A stretch of 64,000 nucleotides of DNA. Origin: Candidatus Subterrananammoxibius californiae (GTDB taxonomy: Bacteria; Planctomycetota; Brocadiia; Brocadiales; Subterrananammoxibiaceae). Positions 1 to 8,926 of the stretch are shown here, one piece after another. The DNA is taken from positions 96,001-160,000 of the forward strand of contig JAURAC010000001.1 in the NCBI GenBank assembly GCA_030586555.1, given 5' to 3'. The first letter of the stretch is position 1. The number at the start of each line of letters is the position of its first letter. Position numbers and translations under genes: made by a program. The notes beneath the pieces were generated by a model. The model ran no database searches and was not told the origin of the DNA. It saw nothing but the letters and a program-made list of their open reading frames with translations.

Positions 1-81
1 GTGCCTATCGGCTATGCCGCAGAGTCACCTCTTCCACCAAAAAGGGTAAAAAAGGAAGATGCCGTCATTATAGTAAAGTAG
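1..81 (+). CDS. 3' end of a probable nitroreductase-family gene (partial, runs off window)
   Basis: Manual frame-1 translation VPIGYAAESPLPPKRVKKEDAVIIVK*; PIGY..E.P.P..R is a typical nitroreductase C-terminus; stop TAG 79-81. Confidence 0.5.
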   Translation: MPIGYAAESPLPPKRVKKEDAVIIVK

Positions 82-105
82 GGGCACGTTGCAACGCGTC
101 CCTAC
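78..105. repeat. GTAG..CTAC REP-like hairpin
   Basis: gtaggggcacgttgcaacgcgtccctac, near-perfect 28-bp palindrome; its TAG is the upstream stop codon. Confidence 0.8.
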
Positions 106-123
106 CTATCATAGGAGAACTAA

Positions 124-1179
124 ATGCACTTTCCAGAATACCGTCCAAGACGTATGAGGAGAAATGAGAACCTTAGAAGACTTATAAGAGAGACTACTTT
201 AACTGTGGATGACCTTATCATGCCGCTTTTTGTCAGACCGGGCAAAGGCGTAAAGAATGAAATTTCCTCTATGCCTGGAAACTACCAGTTTTCAGTAGAT
301 AAGCTAACTGAAGAGATAAAGGAAATTGCAGGACTCGGAATCCCTGGCGTTATCCTCTTCGGTATTCCCGAAAAGAAGGATGATATGGGAAGCGAGGCAT
401 ATTCAAAACAGGGGATTGTTCAACAAGCTATCAAGGCGATTAAAGCGGAGGTTTCTGACATCCTCGTTATTACCGATGTATGCATGTGCGAATACACAAC
501 ACATGGCCATTGTGGCTATGTAAGACAAAAGCATGAAGTTAGGAAAACGAATCTAAAGGGTAAGTCAATCCCCCTTTCTCCCTTTAATAAAGGGGGTAGG
601 GGAGATTTTGAGGTTGACAACGACCAGACCCTGATACTTTTGGCAAAAGAGGCGCTTTCTCATGCAGAGGCAGGTGCAGATATTGTTGCGCCAAGCGATA
701 TGATGGACGGTCGAGTAGGAGCGATAAGAAAAATATTAGACGAGAACGGATTTGAACACATCCCCATTATGTCTTATGCGGCGAAGTATGCCTCTGCGTT
801 TTACGGACCCTTCCGCGATGCTGCTGAATCACCACCAGCATTTGGCGACAGGCGTTCCTACCAGATGGACCCTGCAAATACCTTAGAATCCTTACGAGAG
901 GTTACAATGGACATCAATGAGGGGGCTGACATTGTGATGGTTAAGCCAGCGCTTTCGTATTTAGATATAATCAGGCACGTAAAAGATGCCTTTGATTATC
1001 CTGTGGCTGCTTATAGTGTAAGCGGTGAATTTTCAATGGTGAAGGCGGCGGCAGAAAAGGGATGGCTTGATGAAAGAGCCGTTGCCATGGAAATTCTTAC
1101 GAGCATAAAGCGCGCAGGCGCCGACATGATTCTAACCTACTGGGCAAAGCATGCAGCGCGCTGGCTTGGCGAGAGATAG
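124..1179 (+). CDS. hemB: Porphobilinogen synthase (delta-aminolevulinate dehydratase)
   Basis: RPRRMR start, [14 protein letters not shown]n motif, SDMMDGR, YGPFRDA, MVKPA; carries a ~25-aa loop insertion. Confidence 0.97.
   Translation: MHFPEYRPRRMRRNENLRRLIRETTLTVDDLIMPLFVRPGKGVKNEISSMPGNYQFSVDKLTEEIKEIAGLGIPGVILFGIPEKKDDMGSEAYSKQGIVQQAIKAIKAEVSDILVITDVCMCEYTTHGHCGYVRQKHEVRKTNLKGKSIPLSPFNKGGRGDFEVDNDQTLILLAKEALSHAEAGADIVAPSDMMDGRVGAIRKILDENGFEHIPIMSYAAKYASAFYGPFRDAAESPPAFGDRRSYQMDPANTLESLREVTMDINEGADIVMVKPALSYLDIIRHVKDAFDYPVAAYSVSGEFSMVKAAAEKGWLDERAVAMEILTSIKRAGADMILTYWAKHAARWLGER
567..607. repeat. Palindromic element in frame within hemB
   Basis: aatccccctttctccctttaataaagggggtaggggagatt, imperfect hairpin encoding [13 protein letters not shown]. 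Confidence 0.7.
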
Positions 1180-1196
1180 AGAGCGAGGCAACATCT

Positions 1197-1802
1197 TTAC
1201 CATGCCTTTGGCTCTGAGCCAGCTAAGAGCCTTTTTATGTTGGACTTATGGCGGATGATAACGATGAGGGATATGAGTAAAGTAAATGCCGTAAGATACT
1301 TTCCACTCCCAAAAGGATCAGACCCAAGTATAATTATTGCAATAAATAAAGCTAACGCTCCAGCTATCGAGCCGAGCGAAATAAATCGGAAACACAAAAC
1401 AATTACAACCCACGTTACTACTGCAATTAGCAATGCGATGGGGGCTAACCACAAAAACACCCCGCAACTTGTTGCTACAGCCTTACCGCCCTTAAAGCGC
1501 AAATAGATTGGGAATACGTGGCCGAGGATGGCTGCCAACCCGCAGATTACCATCGGAAAAGGATGATCAAAAAGCTTAGATGCAAAATAAACAGGTACGA
1601 ATCCTTTTGTAAGGTCAAGGATATATACGGCAACACCGTAACCCTTGCCGAGCACCCTTGCAACATTCGTCGCCCCGATGTTTCCACTGCCGTGCTGGCG
1701 AACGTCAATACCCTTTAACCTCGCAATGATATAACCAAAAGGGATGCTTCCTATAAGGTAGGAAATGATAGGCGCTAAAATGTTTAGAAGTAAGTTTGTC
1801 AT
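1197..1802 (-). CDS. plsY: Glycerol-3-phosphate acyltransferase PlsY (start re-called at ATG 1802)
   Basis: YLIGSIPFG, GSGNIGATN, GHVFPIYLRFKGGKAVAT, RHKSNIKRL motifs; the longer ORF start runs through an inverted repeat and the thiolase gene. Confidence 0.95.
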   Translation of the reverse strand: MTNLLLNILAPIISYLIGSIPFGYIIARLKGIDVRQHGSGNIGATNVARVLGKGYGVAVYILDLTKGFVPVYFASKLFDHPFPMVICGLAAILGHVFPIYLRFKGGKAVATSCGVFLWLAPIALLIAVVTWVVIVLCFRFISLGSIAGALALFIAIIILGSDPFGSGKYLTAFTLLISLIVIIRHKSNIKRLLAGSEPKAW

Positions 1803-1815
1803 AGTGGAAAATTGG

Positions 1816-1895
1816 GAAAATAGGGACACATCCCATTTATTGAGCGGAAGTACGAAGAAAAGGGTAAGCAATAAATGGGATGTGTCCCTATTTTC
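1816..1895. repeat. 27-bp perfect inverted repeat with 26-nt spacer (REPIN/MITE-like)
   Basis: gaaaatagggacacatcccatttattg (1816-1842) and its exact reverse complement (1869-1895). Confidence 0.85.
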
Positions 1896-3183
1896 ATAAA
1901 AATCCTTTTTCAAGTATTGAGACGGTGATGTACGTTCCTGTGCCTGCGTGGCTGTGGATGGCGCCACGCTTTGCGTTCTTTATCTGCAATTTGTCGTTAC
2001 CAAGATGTTTCTTTATTGTGCCCTGCAATTGCCATAAGGCAAAAACCGCCTGCATTAGCCCTGTTGCTCCTACAGGATGCCCACAGGCTAAGAGTCCACC
2101 GGATGGGTTTACAGGGATTGTACCCTTCTTTGGCAAATCTATCCCATAGTCTATTCCTTGGATAAATGGATGTCCTTCCTCAACGAATCTTCCGCCTTCG
2201 CCGTACTTGCACAGCCCCATATCTTCATACGTCTGGATTTCTGAGGATGTGTAAGCATCGTGGAGTTCTATAAAATCCAGTTCTTTAATCGGGTTTTTTA
2301 TGCCAGCCATTTCGTAAGCAAGCTTGGATGCCATCCTTCCACCACGGAATGAGTGGACGCCCGGATACTTGAGCTGTTTATAGTCTTCTTCTTTTTCGTG
2401 TGGCAAAAGTATTACCTCGCCGTGAGGCCTGTCTGCCATTCGCATTGCGTCCGTACCGCATCCCACACCGATAATCTTCACAGGCGTATTTGTCAATTTT
2501 TTTGCTACTTCTTCAGATGCAAGGATTGCTACGGCTGCCCCATCGGACATGGTACAAATATCGAGCATGGTTAAAGGCGTTGATACCATTGGGGAAGACC
2601 TTACATCGTTAATAGTGAGACGCATTGGGCTCTGTGCATAGGGATTGTACTGAGCATTGCCATGATTCTTAATCGAGACCATTGCTAACTGCTCAACCTT
2701 TGTGCCAAATTCGTGGATATGCCTCTGCACCATCATTGCGTAGTATCCCGTGTAAAACCCTCCGACTGGATAATCGAAGTTGGTATCAGACGCATGAGCT
2801 ATAAACTCGTTTCCCTTCCAGGTGTTAACCCTCGACATTGTCTCAAATCCAAAGGCAACACAAACATTCATCCTGCCTGATGCAATGGCTTCCCATGCTG
2901 CCTGGAAACACAATCCCCCCGTAGCTCCACCACCCTCTATTCTTTTTGATGGTTTTGGGCACAACCCGAGATAATCCTGCACCATACTTGCGGCTTTCAG
3001 TTGACGGGTGAAATGGTCAGAAAAGTATGAACCAACACTGCCATCAATCATCTTAAGGCTCAAATCTGGTATCTCATTCATGGCATAATCAAAAGCCTCT
3101 TTGACCATGAGCCTGAAATCCTTGTCTGGATGTGCCTTCTTGAATTTAGTGATACCGCCAGAAATCATATAAACTGGACGCAT
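1894..3183 (-). CDS. SCP2/archaeal-type thiolase-fold protein
   Basis: DGAAVAILAS, IELHDAY, VNPSGGLLACGHPVGATG; nucleophile loop reads EGGGATGG (no Cys). Confidence 0.85.
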   Translation of the reverse strand: MRPVYMISGGITKFKKAHPDKDFRLMVKEAFDYAMNEIPDLSLKMIDGSVGSYFSDHFTRQLKAASMVQDYLGLCPKPSKRIEGGGATGGLCFQAAWEAIASGRMNVCVAFGFETMSRVNTWKGNEFIAHASDTNFDYPVGGFYTGYYAMMVQRHIHEFGTKVEQLAMVSIKNHGNAQYNPYAQSPMRLTINDVRSSPMVSTPLTMLDICTMSDGAAVAILASEEVAKKLTNTPVKIIGVGCGTDAMRMADRPHGEVILLPHEKEEDYKQLKYPGVHSFRGGRMASKLAYEMAGIKNPIKELDFIELHDAYTSSEIQTYEDMGLCKYGEGGRFVEEGHPFIQGIDYGIDLPKKGTIPVNPSGGLLACGHPVGATGLMQAVFALWQLQGTIKKHLGNDKLQIKNAKRGAIHSHAGTGTYITVSILEKGFL

Positions 3184-3218
3184 GCAAGCCTCCTGTTAGT
3201 GGCGAGTGGCAAGGTGAT

Positions 3219-3292
3219 AGTGACGAGTGAAGGAGATTGCTTCGCTTTGCTCGCAATGACATTTCCTGACTAACACCTTACCACTCGTCACT
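3219..3292. repeat. Composite intergenic repeat
   Basis: 11-bp IR agtgacgagtg/cactcgtcact enclosing gagattgcttcgctttgctcgcaatgac (GTCATTGCGAG-type palindromic repeat half). Confidence 0.6.
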
Positions 3293-3302
3293 TTGCCCTG
3301 TT

Positions 3303-4142
3303 TTACTTTACTTCCTCAATAATGAACTTATCATCCTTTTTCTTCAAGTAGCCCATATTTATTTTAGGGTCGTGCTCGAACAGGAGCAGCCAGTTTTCTT
3401 CAAAGGCCTGGGGTAAGAGACGCTTTTTTTGCTCCAGGGTTTCCAGCGGGAATAAATCATATCCCATTATATATGGATAAGGTAGGTGTGCAACGGTTGG
3501 AATTAAGTCGGCAAGATAAAAGGCTGTTTGCCCTTCAGAGCATATCTTAATACAACAATGAAATTGTGTGTGGCCACCGGTTCTAATTAGCGAGACGCCC
3601 TTCACTATTTCTATTTCGTCTCCCTCTACGAGTTCCAAGTTGCCAGAGTCCCAGAGCGGCAAATAATCCTCCTGTATGTAGCTTCCTTTAGTTCTTTCGT
3701 TGACGTTCAGGGCATCCTCCCATTCACCTTTGTGAATAAAATATTTAGCGTTGGGAAAGGTTGGGATAATCTTTCCGGCGTCATCAAATGTAGTATCGCC
3801 ACCGCAGTGGTCAAGGTGCAGATGTGAATTTATCACGATATTAATGTCTTCGACTGAAAACCCATGGTTACTTAAAGACTTTCGCAACGAAGGGTTGTTT
3901 TCAATCCCGTACATTTGACGGAGCTTTTCGCTGCACTTTGTGCCTGTGCCAGTGTCAATGAGGATGTTATATTTTGAGGTTTTAATAAGCGGGCAATTAA
4001 GCCCCATATAAATTCTATTTTTCTCATCGGGTGAACAAACCTTTTCCCAGAGTATCCTGGGAACGACTCCGAACATTGCCCCACCATCGAGCCTTATAAA
4101 ACCATCCATTGTAGGGTATATCTCAAATTTGCCAAGTTTCAT
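3303..4142 (-). CDS. MBL-fold metallohydrolase, YtnP-like
   Basis: DGGAMFGVVP, HLHLDHCGG (HxHxDH), GHT, ADLIP, HDP. Confidence 0.9.
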   Translation of the reverse strand: MKLGKFEIYPTMDGFIRLDGGAMFGVVPRILWEKVCSPDEKNRIYMGLNCPLIKTSKYNILIDTGTGTKCSEKLRQMYGIENNPSLRKSLSNHGFSVEDINIVINSHLHLDHCGGDTTFDDAGKIIPTFPNAKYFIHKGEWEDALNVNERTKGSYIQEDYLPLWDSGNLELVEGDEIEIVKGVSLIRTGGHTQFHCCIKICSEGQTAFYLADLIPTVAHLPYPYIMGYDLFPLETLEQKKRLLPQAFEENWLLLFEHDPKINMGYLKKKDDKFIIEEVK

Positions 4143-4303
4143 GATTTCTTAGGCGAAGTACGAGTGCTCTTCTTATAAAGATATTTATCGTGGTTTACTG
4201 AACCCTTTTTTATCCCACTACTTCCAAGACCTACGATGCGAAAAAGGGGGTCCTTTTTGAAATCTTCCATGCGCATAGGTTTTTTCTTCTGTCCTTTGTT
4301 CAT
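4139..4303 (-). CDS. 54-aa antitoxin-like small protein (missing from the ORF track)
   Basis: MNKGQKKKPMRMEDFKKDPLFRIVGLGSSGIKKGSVNHDKYLYKKSTRTSPKKS; AAAGGA RBS; ATGA overlap with the MBL gene. Confidence 0.65.
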   Translation of the reverse strand: MNKGQKKKPMRMEDFKKDPLFRIVGLGSSGIKKGSVNHDKYLYKKSTRTSPKKS

Positions 4304-4327
4304 AAATTTCCTTTGTAGTTACTATCT

Positions 4328-4459
4328 GAGACCTCTGAAAAAGTACGTTTTTGTTACCCCGAACTTGTTTCGGGGTCTCATAAGTTCTTGATTTTTTTAG
4401 ATGCTGAAACAAGTTCAGCATGACATATTGTGCAATTTTATGACTTTTTCAGAGGTCTC
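4328..4459. mobile_element. 132-bp MITE-like element with 17-bp perfect TIRs
   Basis: gagacctctgaaaaagt (4328-4344) / actttttcagaggtctc (4443-4459); internal hairpins accccgaacttgtttcggggt and atgctgaaacaagttcagcat. Confidence 0.75.
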
Positions 4460-5853
4460 TATTTCATATTAAGTTCCCGCATCTTTAGCTGGAGGCTTTG
4501 CCTGTGCATGCCGAGGAGTTCGGCGGTACGGCTGATGTTGCCGTTGTTTTCCTCTAACCTTTTCTTTATAAAATTTCTTTCAAAGCACTCCACTGCTATT
4601 CTTTTAGCATCTTTAAAGGGGAGCATATAGTTTATCTCAATTGTCGAGGTCATCTGAGCGTCCTTGCCAGTAATTTCGTCGGGAAGGTCGTGTAGTTCCA
4701 GTGTTTCGCCGCTTGCCAAAACGACTGCGCTTTCGATGGCGTTACGGAGCTGACGGATGTTGCCGGGCCAGTTATATTTTATAAGAGCCTTTGCTGCATC
4801 ATTTGATAGCCATTTTACATTCTTTTTATGTTTTTCGGCAAACACTTGCAGGAAACGATTTGCAAGCAGCGGGATGTCCTCCTTGCGATGTCGAAGCGGT
4901 GGTAACTGTATTTCTACGACCTTTAGTCTGTAATAAAGGTCATCCCTGAATCTTCCCTCTTTAATTTCTTCCATAAGGTCTCTGTGTGTGGCGCTGATTA
5001 CGCGAACGTCCACTTGTAGCGTTTCAGTACCTCCCAGCCTTTCAAACTTTTGCTCTTGCAGGACTCTGAGCACCTTTGATTGGGTATTAGGGCTCATGTC
5101 TCCAATCTCATCAAGGAAGATAGTGCCTTCGTTGGCAAGTTCAAATTTACCGAGACGTCTCTCTGTTGCGCCAGTAAATGCACCTTTTTCATGTCCAAAG
5201 AGTTCGCTTTCAATAAGTGTTTCTGGCAGGGCAGCACAGTTCATTATAACGAGCGACTTATCTCTCCGTTTGCTTCGCCTGTGAATTTCCCTTGCCACGA
5301 GTTCCTTACCGCTACCACTTTCACCTTGAATCAGCACGGTAACATCCGTTGCTCCTACCTTGTCTATCCTGTTAAAGACGTCCTTCATTATTGCACTTTG
5401 CCCGATGATTTCACCCATTGCCTCGAGGCGATTTATCTCGGAACGCAGTTGGGCATTTTCTTCTTCGAGGTCAAGTTTTTCAAAGGCGTTTTTTACAATT
5501 ATACGGAGTTCGTCTATCTCAAATGGCTTTGCAACGTAGTCAAATGCGCCTTTCTTCATAGCCTCTACCGCTATCTTTTCGGAGCCATAGGCGGTTATAA
5601 TTACAACCAGCGGGGATGATGTCGCTGACTGCGTTCCTGTTTCCTTTATTTTTTCAAGAACCTTGAGGCCGTCAATTCCCGGCATGTTTATATCAAGAAA
5701 AATAAGCCGTGGTTTATGCAATTTTATGGATTCTAATGCTTCTGTGCCATTCTTAGCCTCGTAAAGCATATAGCCGTCTTTTGAGAGCGCCTTCTTCATT
5801 CCAAACCGTGCTGCCCGTTCGTCATCAACAATTAATATTCCGTTGTTTTTCAT
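4459..5853 (-). CDS. Sigma-54-dependent response regulator (REC-AAA+-Fis HTH)
   Basis: IVDDE, LDINMP, GESGSGKE, GAFTGA, WPGNIRQL, GNISRTAELLG. Confidence 0.95.
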   Translation of the reverse strand: MKNNGILIVDDERAARFGMKKALSKDGYMLYEAKNGTEALESIKLHKPRLIFLDINMPGIDGLKVLEKIKETGTQSATSSPLVVIITAYGSEKIAVEAMKKGAFDYVAKPFEIDELRIIVKNAFEKLDLEEENAQLRSEINRLEAMGEIIGQSAIMKDVFNRIDKVGATDVTVLIQGESGSGKELVAREIHRRSKRRDKSLVIMNCAALPETLIESELFGHEKGAFTGATERRLGKFELANEGTIFLDEIGDMSPNTQSKVLRVLQEQKFERLGGTETLQVDVRVISATHRDLMEEIKEGRFRDDLYYRLKVVEIQLPPLRHRKEDIPLLANRFLQVFAEKHKKNVKWLSNDAAKALIKYNWPGNIRQLRNAIESAVVLASGETLELHDLPDEITGKDAQMTSTIEINYMLPFKDAKRIAVECFERNFIKKRLEENNGNISRTAELLGMHRQSLQLKMRELNMK

Positions 5854-5859
5854 AGCGTC

Positions 5860-8043
5860 TTAGTTGGATACCAATACAGGCTCATTTACTGGCAAATTGA
5901 TTATAAACATTGCCCCTGTTTTATTATTTTCTACACGGATAGAACCGTCCATATCTTCAAGTTTCTTCTTGACGATAGAGAGCCCAAGGCCTGTACCCGA
6001 TTGTTTTGTTGTGTAAAAGGGGTCGAATATCTTAGAAAAGGCATCTTGAGGGATTCCACCCCCGGTATCTGCAAAGGTTATCTCGATAGTAGAGACGCAA
6101 GATTTTGCGTCTCTACCGCCTGAGGCGGATGCGGAAATTGCCAATTCACCACCATCGGGCATTGCCTGAATTGCGTTATTAATGATATTAAAGAATACTT
6201 CTTTTAAAGAACCTTCTTCAGTATTTAACGTAGGAAGGTCGTCTGGAATTTTGCAAGAAATGTTAATGTTGTTTTTCCTTGCTTCATGATTGAGGACCAA
6301 TAAGACTGAGCTTAAGACATCGCCAATCTTAACAGTGGTCTTAACCTCACCTTTTGGTCTTGCGAATTGCAAGAGTTGATTGACGACCTTGCTTAGCCTG
6401 TCTATCTCATCAACAATTATTGATAGATCTTCCTGCACGACTGCATCATGCTTTAAGTCCTCACGCATAACCTGCACTATGGTTTTTATTGAACTCAGGG
6501 GGTTTTTTACTTCGTGGGCGACACTGGTAGAAAGTCTGCCGAGACTGGAAAGTTTTTCATTCTCATATATTTTTCTTTCAAGTTTTAACTTCTCATCTAT
6601 CAATTTTGACTTGCCTATTGCAGAGCCTATTTGGTTAGCAATAATCATTAACTGGTCAAGGTTATCAGATGGAAGAGGAAGTCCACGCCTTGTGCGGCCG
6701 AGTGCGAGTAGTCCAATTAGATTTCTGTCTTCATAGATTGGGAAAATTAACAAGGCATCCAGAATCCTCATTTCATTGATTATTGATACATCCTTTATTT
6801 CGTGCCTGTTGAGGACTGATAGACCGCCTTTTGAAAAATTATTAATGATGTTTTGTAAATCCATACGAGTGATTGTATCCGCCTCAGGCGGAGGGGTATC
6901 TCCAAAGCGTTGGATTTTATTCCTGCCAAAGACATTCTGCCTTGGGTGTCCGAATAGCAATATAGCTGCTTTCTTTATGCCAGCGGCACTTTTTATATGC
7001 ACCACAATAGATTCAAGTAACTTAGGCAGGTCGAGGAGTGAATCAGCGCTTATTGCACGGCTCAGGTTGTTAAGTAAATACTCACTGTCTGCAATCCTTC
7101 TGAATAGCAAATTGCGCATCATTCCCTGTACCTTTTCCTTTAGCTTCGGAAACCAATACACCAATCCTATAACAAATATTGCCTCAAGCACCTTGTTATT
7201 TAAGCCGTAACTATGCTCAAGAAATTTACTGAACTGTTTTACGCCAAAATAGTAAAAGCAGATAATTATCAGCGTTAAGAATGAGTAAAATACACTGCGC
7301 CTGAGGACAAACTCCATGTAGTTGTACCTGTATACGTAGTAGGAAAACACTATGCTTGGGAATATCGAGGAAAGCATAGCCGCCAGGAGGAAGTAGTCGC
7401 CAATGAAAGAAATGTTCTTTCCACCAAGGAGAATGGTGAAAGCGATAAAGATAGATACAAAGATTAATACCCAAAAGATAAAGAAGTGAAATTTACGTTC
7501 TTCTCTTTCTTCAGTCGTTTGTGAAAGACTTCTTGCAATGCCTGCAGAGATAAGTAGAGAGGTAATTAGCCATAATACAAATGGCTTAACAAGAGGGGAC
7601 ATGCTCATCAGCAAATAAGGGTCTTTAAAGGATATTGTCTTTTCAATTGCAATGGCGAAGATAACCACAGGGAGATAGATTATTGTGGTTACCACCCATT
7701 TCATCATCCTGTTCACATATCTGGCGCTTTCGAAAAGGAAGACCGTGGCTGTGTGAAGTAACAAGCTCGGCATGAAGCCAATCCCGATATAGGCTACTGC
7801 ATCGGAAAAATAACTGATAGATGGGATATTCCTGCCAAAGAGCATTAAGCTAAATAGTGAGATGCTGTTGCCGAGGTTCCACATAGCGACGCTGATAACT
7901 AAGAACAGAAATATTATTTCACTGCTCGTCTTATCCTTTCTCTGGACAATAAGAACGGCAAGCACAGAGTGGAGTATTGTGCCTAACAGAAAACCTATTA
8001 ATGAAATAATTTCGTATAGCGACATAAGGCTTATAATAGTCAT
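5860..8043 (-). CDS. Multi-TM sensor histidine kinase (start likely ATG 8043)
   Basis: Multiple TM helices, GAF-like region, AHEVKNPL H-box, N/G1/F/G2 boxes; the 8112 start translates heptamer repeats. Confidence 0.9.
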   Translation of the reverse strand: MTIISLMSLYEIISLIGFLLGTILHSVLAVLIVQRKDKTSSEIIFLFLVISVAMWNLGNSISLFSLMLFGRNIPSISYFSDAVAYIGIGFMPSLLLHTATVFLFESARYVNRMMKWVVTTIIYLPVVIFAIAIEKTISFKDPYLLMSMSPLVKPFVLWLITSLLISAGIARSLSQTTEEREERKFHFFIFWVLIFVSIFIAFTILLGGKNISFIGDYFLLAAMLSSIFPSIVFSYYVYRYNYMEFVLRRSVFYSFLTLIIICFYYFGVKQFSKFLEHSYGLNNKVLEAIFVIGLVYWFPKLKEKVQGMMRNLLFRRIADSEYLLNNLSRAISADSLLDLPKLLESIVVHIKSAAGIKKAAILLFGHPRQNVFGRNKIQRFGDTPPPEADTITRMDLQNIINNFSKGGLSVLNRHEIKDVSIINEMRILDALLIFPIYEDRNLIGLLALGRTRRGLPLPSDNLDQLMIIANQIGSAIGKSKLIDEKLKLERKIYENEKLSSLGRLSTSVAHEVKNPLSSIKTIVQVMREDLKHDAVVQEDLSIIVDEIDRLSKVVNQLLQFARPKGEVKTTVKIGDVLSSVLLVLNHEARKNNINISCKIPDDLPTLNTEEGSLKEVFFNIINNAIQAMPDGGELAISASASGGRDAKSCVSTIEITFADTGGGIPQDAFSKIFDPFYTTKQSGTGLGLSIVKKKLEDMDGSIRVENNKTGAMFIINLPVNEPVLVSN
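6089..6130. repeat. REP-like hairpin fused to CCGCCTGAGGCGGAT palindrome, in frame in the HATPase domain
   Basis: gtagagacgcaa-gatt-ttgcgtctctac (12-bp perfect stem) followed by cgcctgaggcggat; encodes SASGGRDAKSCVST. Confidence 0.85.
6877..6892. repeat. TCCGCCTCAGGCGGA palindrome, intragenic copy
   Basis: atccgcctcaggcgga; encodes PPEAD in the kinase. Confidence 0.75.
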
Positions 8044-8062
8044 ATAAGTGAAACCTGTCAAG

Positions 8063-8095
8063 AGGATTTCGGATTGAGGAATTTGGATTTCGGAA
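8063..8095. repeat. Degenerate heptamer tandem array (GGATTTC-like)
   Basis: ggatttcggattgaggaatttggatttcggaat. Confidence 0.55.
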
Positions 8096-8168
8096 TAACA
8101 CTGCATTTGCACTAAAAAATGTGGTATACTTAAGCAAGATGGGTTATACTCCCGAGGAGGATAAATAT

Positions 8169-8693
8169 ATGAAAACGGCTACCTGGTTCTTATTTGCTGC
8201 CATGATGTGTGTGGGTTGTGCTTACATACCCATAGGAAAGCACGGATTCGGTATTGAAAAGACTCCCAAGGGGGAGGGTGTCGTAGTGCATGCAGTTAAC
8301 GAGGGTAGCCCCGCTGAAAAGGCTGGCATAAAGAAGGATGATGTAATCGTCTCTTTAGATGGTAAGAAGATTGAAGACCCTTATGTTGTCGCAAAAGAAA
8401 TTGCAGAAAAACCTTATGGTAAGAAGGTCCTTCTGAAAATAGTCAGGGAGGGAAAGCCCATAGACTTAGAGTTATTGATAGAGAAAAAGGGGTTGCAGAT
8501 ACTTAATGCTGACATGACGGGGGCTTATCCCGATTACTCACTTGTGCTGATTGAGGATTATTTCTGGCTTGGAAGCTATCCTTATCCAATGACCTCTGAA
8601 GAATTAGAAAGCCTTAGAACCTATCTCGGTGTTTACGACCCCGACCACATCCCTCCTGCATCCTTCACAATCTTTACCTTAAGGGTTCGTTAA
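8169..8693 (+). CDS. PDZ-domain lipoprotein (start ATG 8169)
   Basis: GAGGAGG RBS, signal peptide with lipobox CVGC, GSPAEKAGIKKDDVIVSLDG PDZ motif; extended -10 TGGTATACT at 8122-8130. Confidence 0.8.
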   Translation: MKTATWFLFAAMMCVGCAYIPIGKHGFGIEKTPKGEGVVVHAVNEGSPAEKAGIKKDDVIVSLDGKKIEDPYVVAKEIAEKPYGKKVLLKIVREGKPIDLELLIEKKGLQILNADMTGAYPDYSLVLIEDYFWLGSYPYPMTSEELESLRTYLGVYDPDHIPPASFTIFTLRVR

Positions 8694-8864
8694 TAGTGTA
8701 CAAAACGCCTTCAAAGATTTTCAACTTAAAGTTCCACCAACACTTTTTGGCTTTCTTTGCGCCTCTGTGTCTCTGTGGTTATATTATCCACAGTAAGAGA
8801 ATAAATAATGCAAATTAAAATACAGGGACACAGAGATTAGAAACTATTCATTTTTCTCCATCTT

Positions 8865-8880
8865 TGGCACGAGATTTGTT
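8865..8880 (+). promoter_or_regulatory. Candidate sigma-54 -24/-12 promoter
   Basis: TGGCACGAGATTTGTT, one mismatch to TGGCACG-N4-TTGC, upstream of the signalling cluster. Confidence 0.5.
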
Positions 8881-8926
8881 TGTCTCTATTAGATTGTTGA
8901 AATACAGGTAGTGTGTATGGATTGAA

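Noticed and set aside
4218..4421. 67-aa ORF MLNLFQHL..
   Set aside because: Translation of MITE palindromes; the credible small ORF is 4139-4303 in another frame
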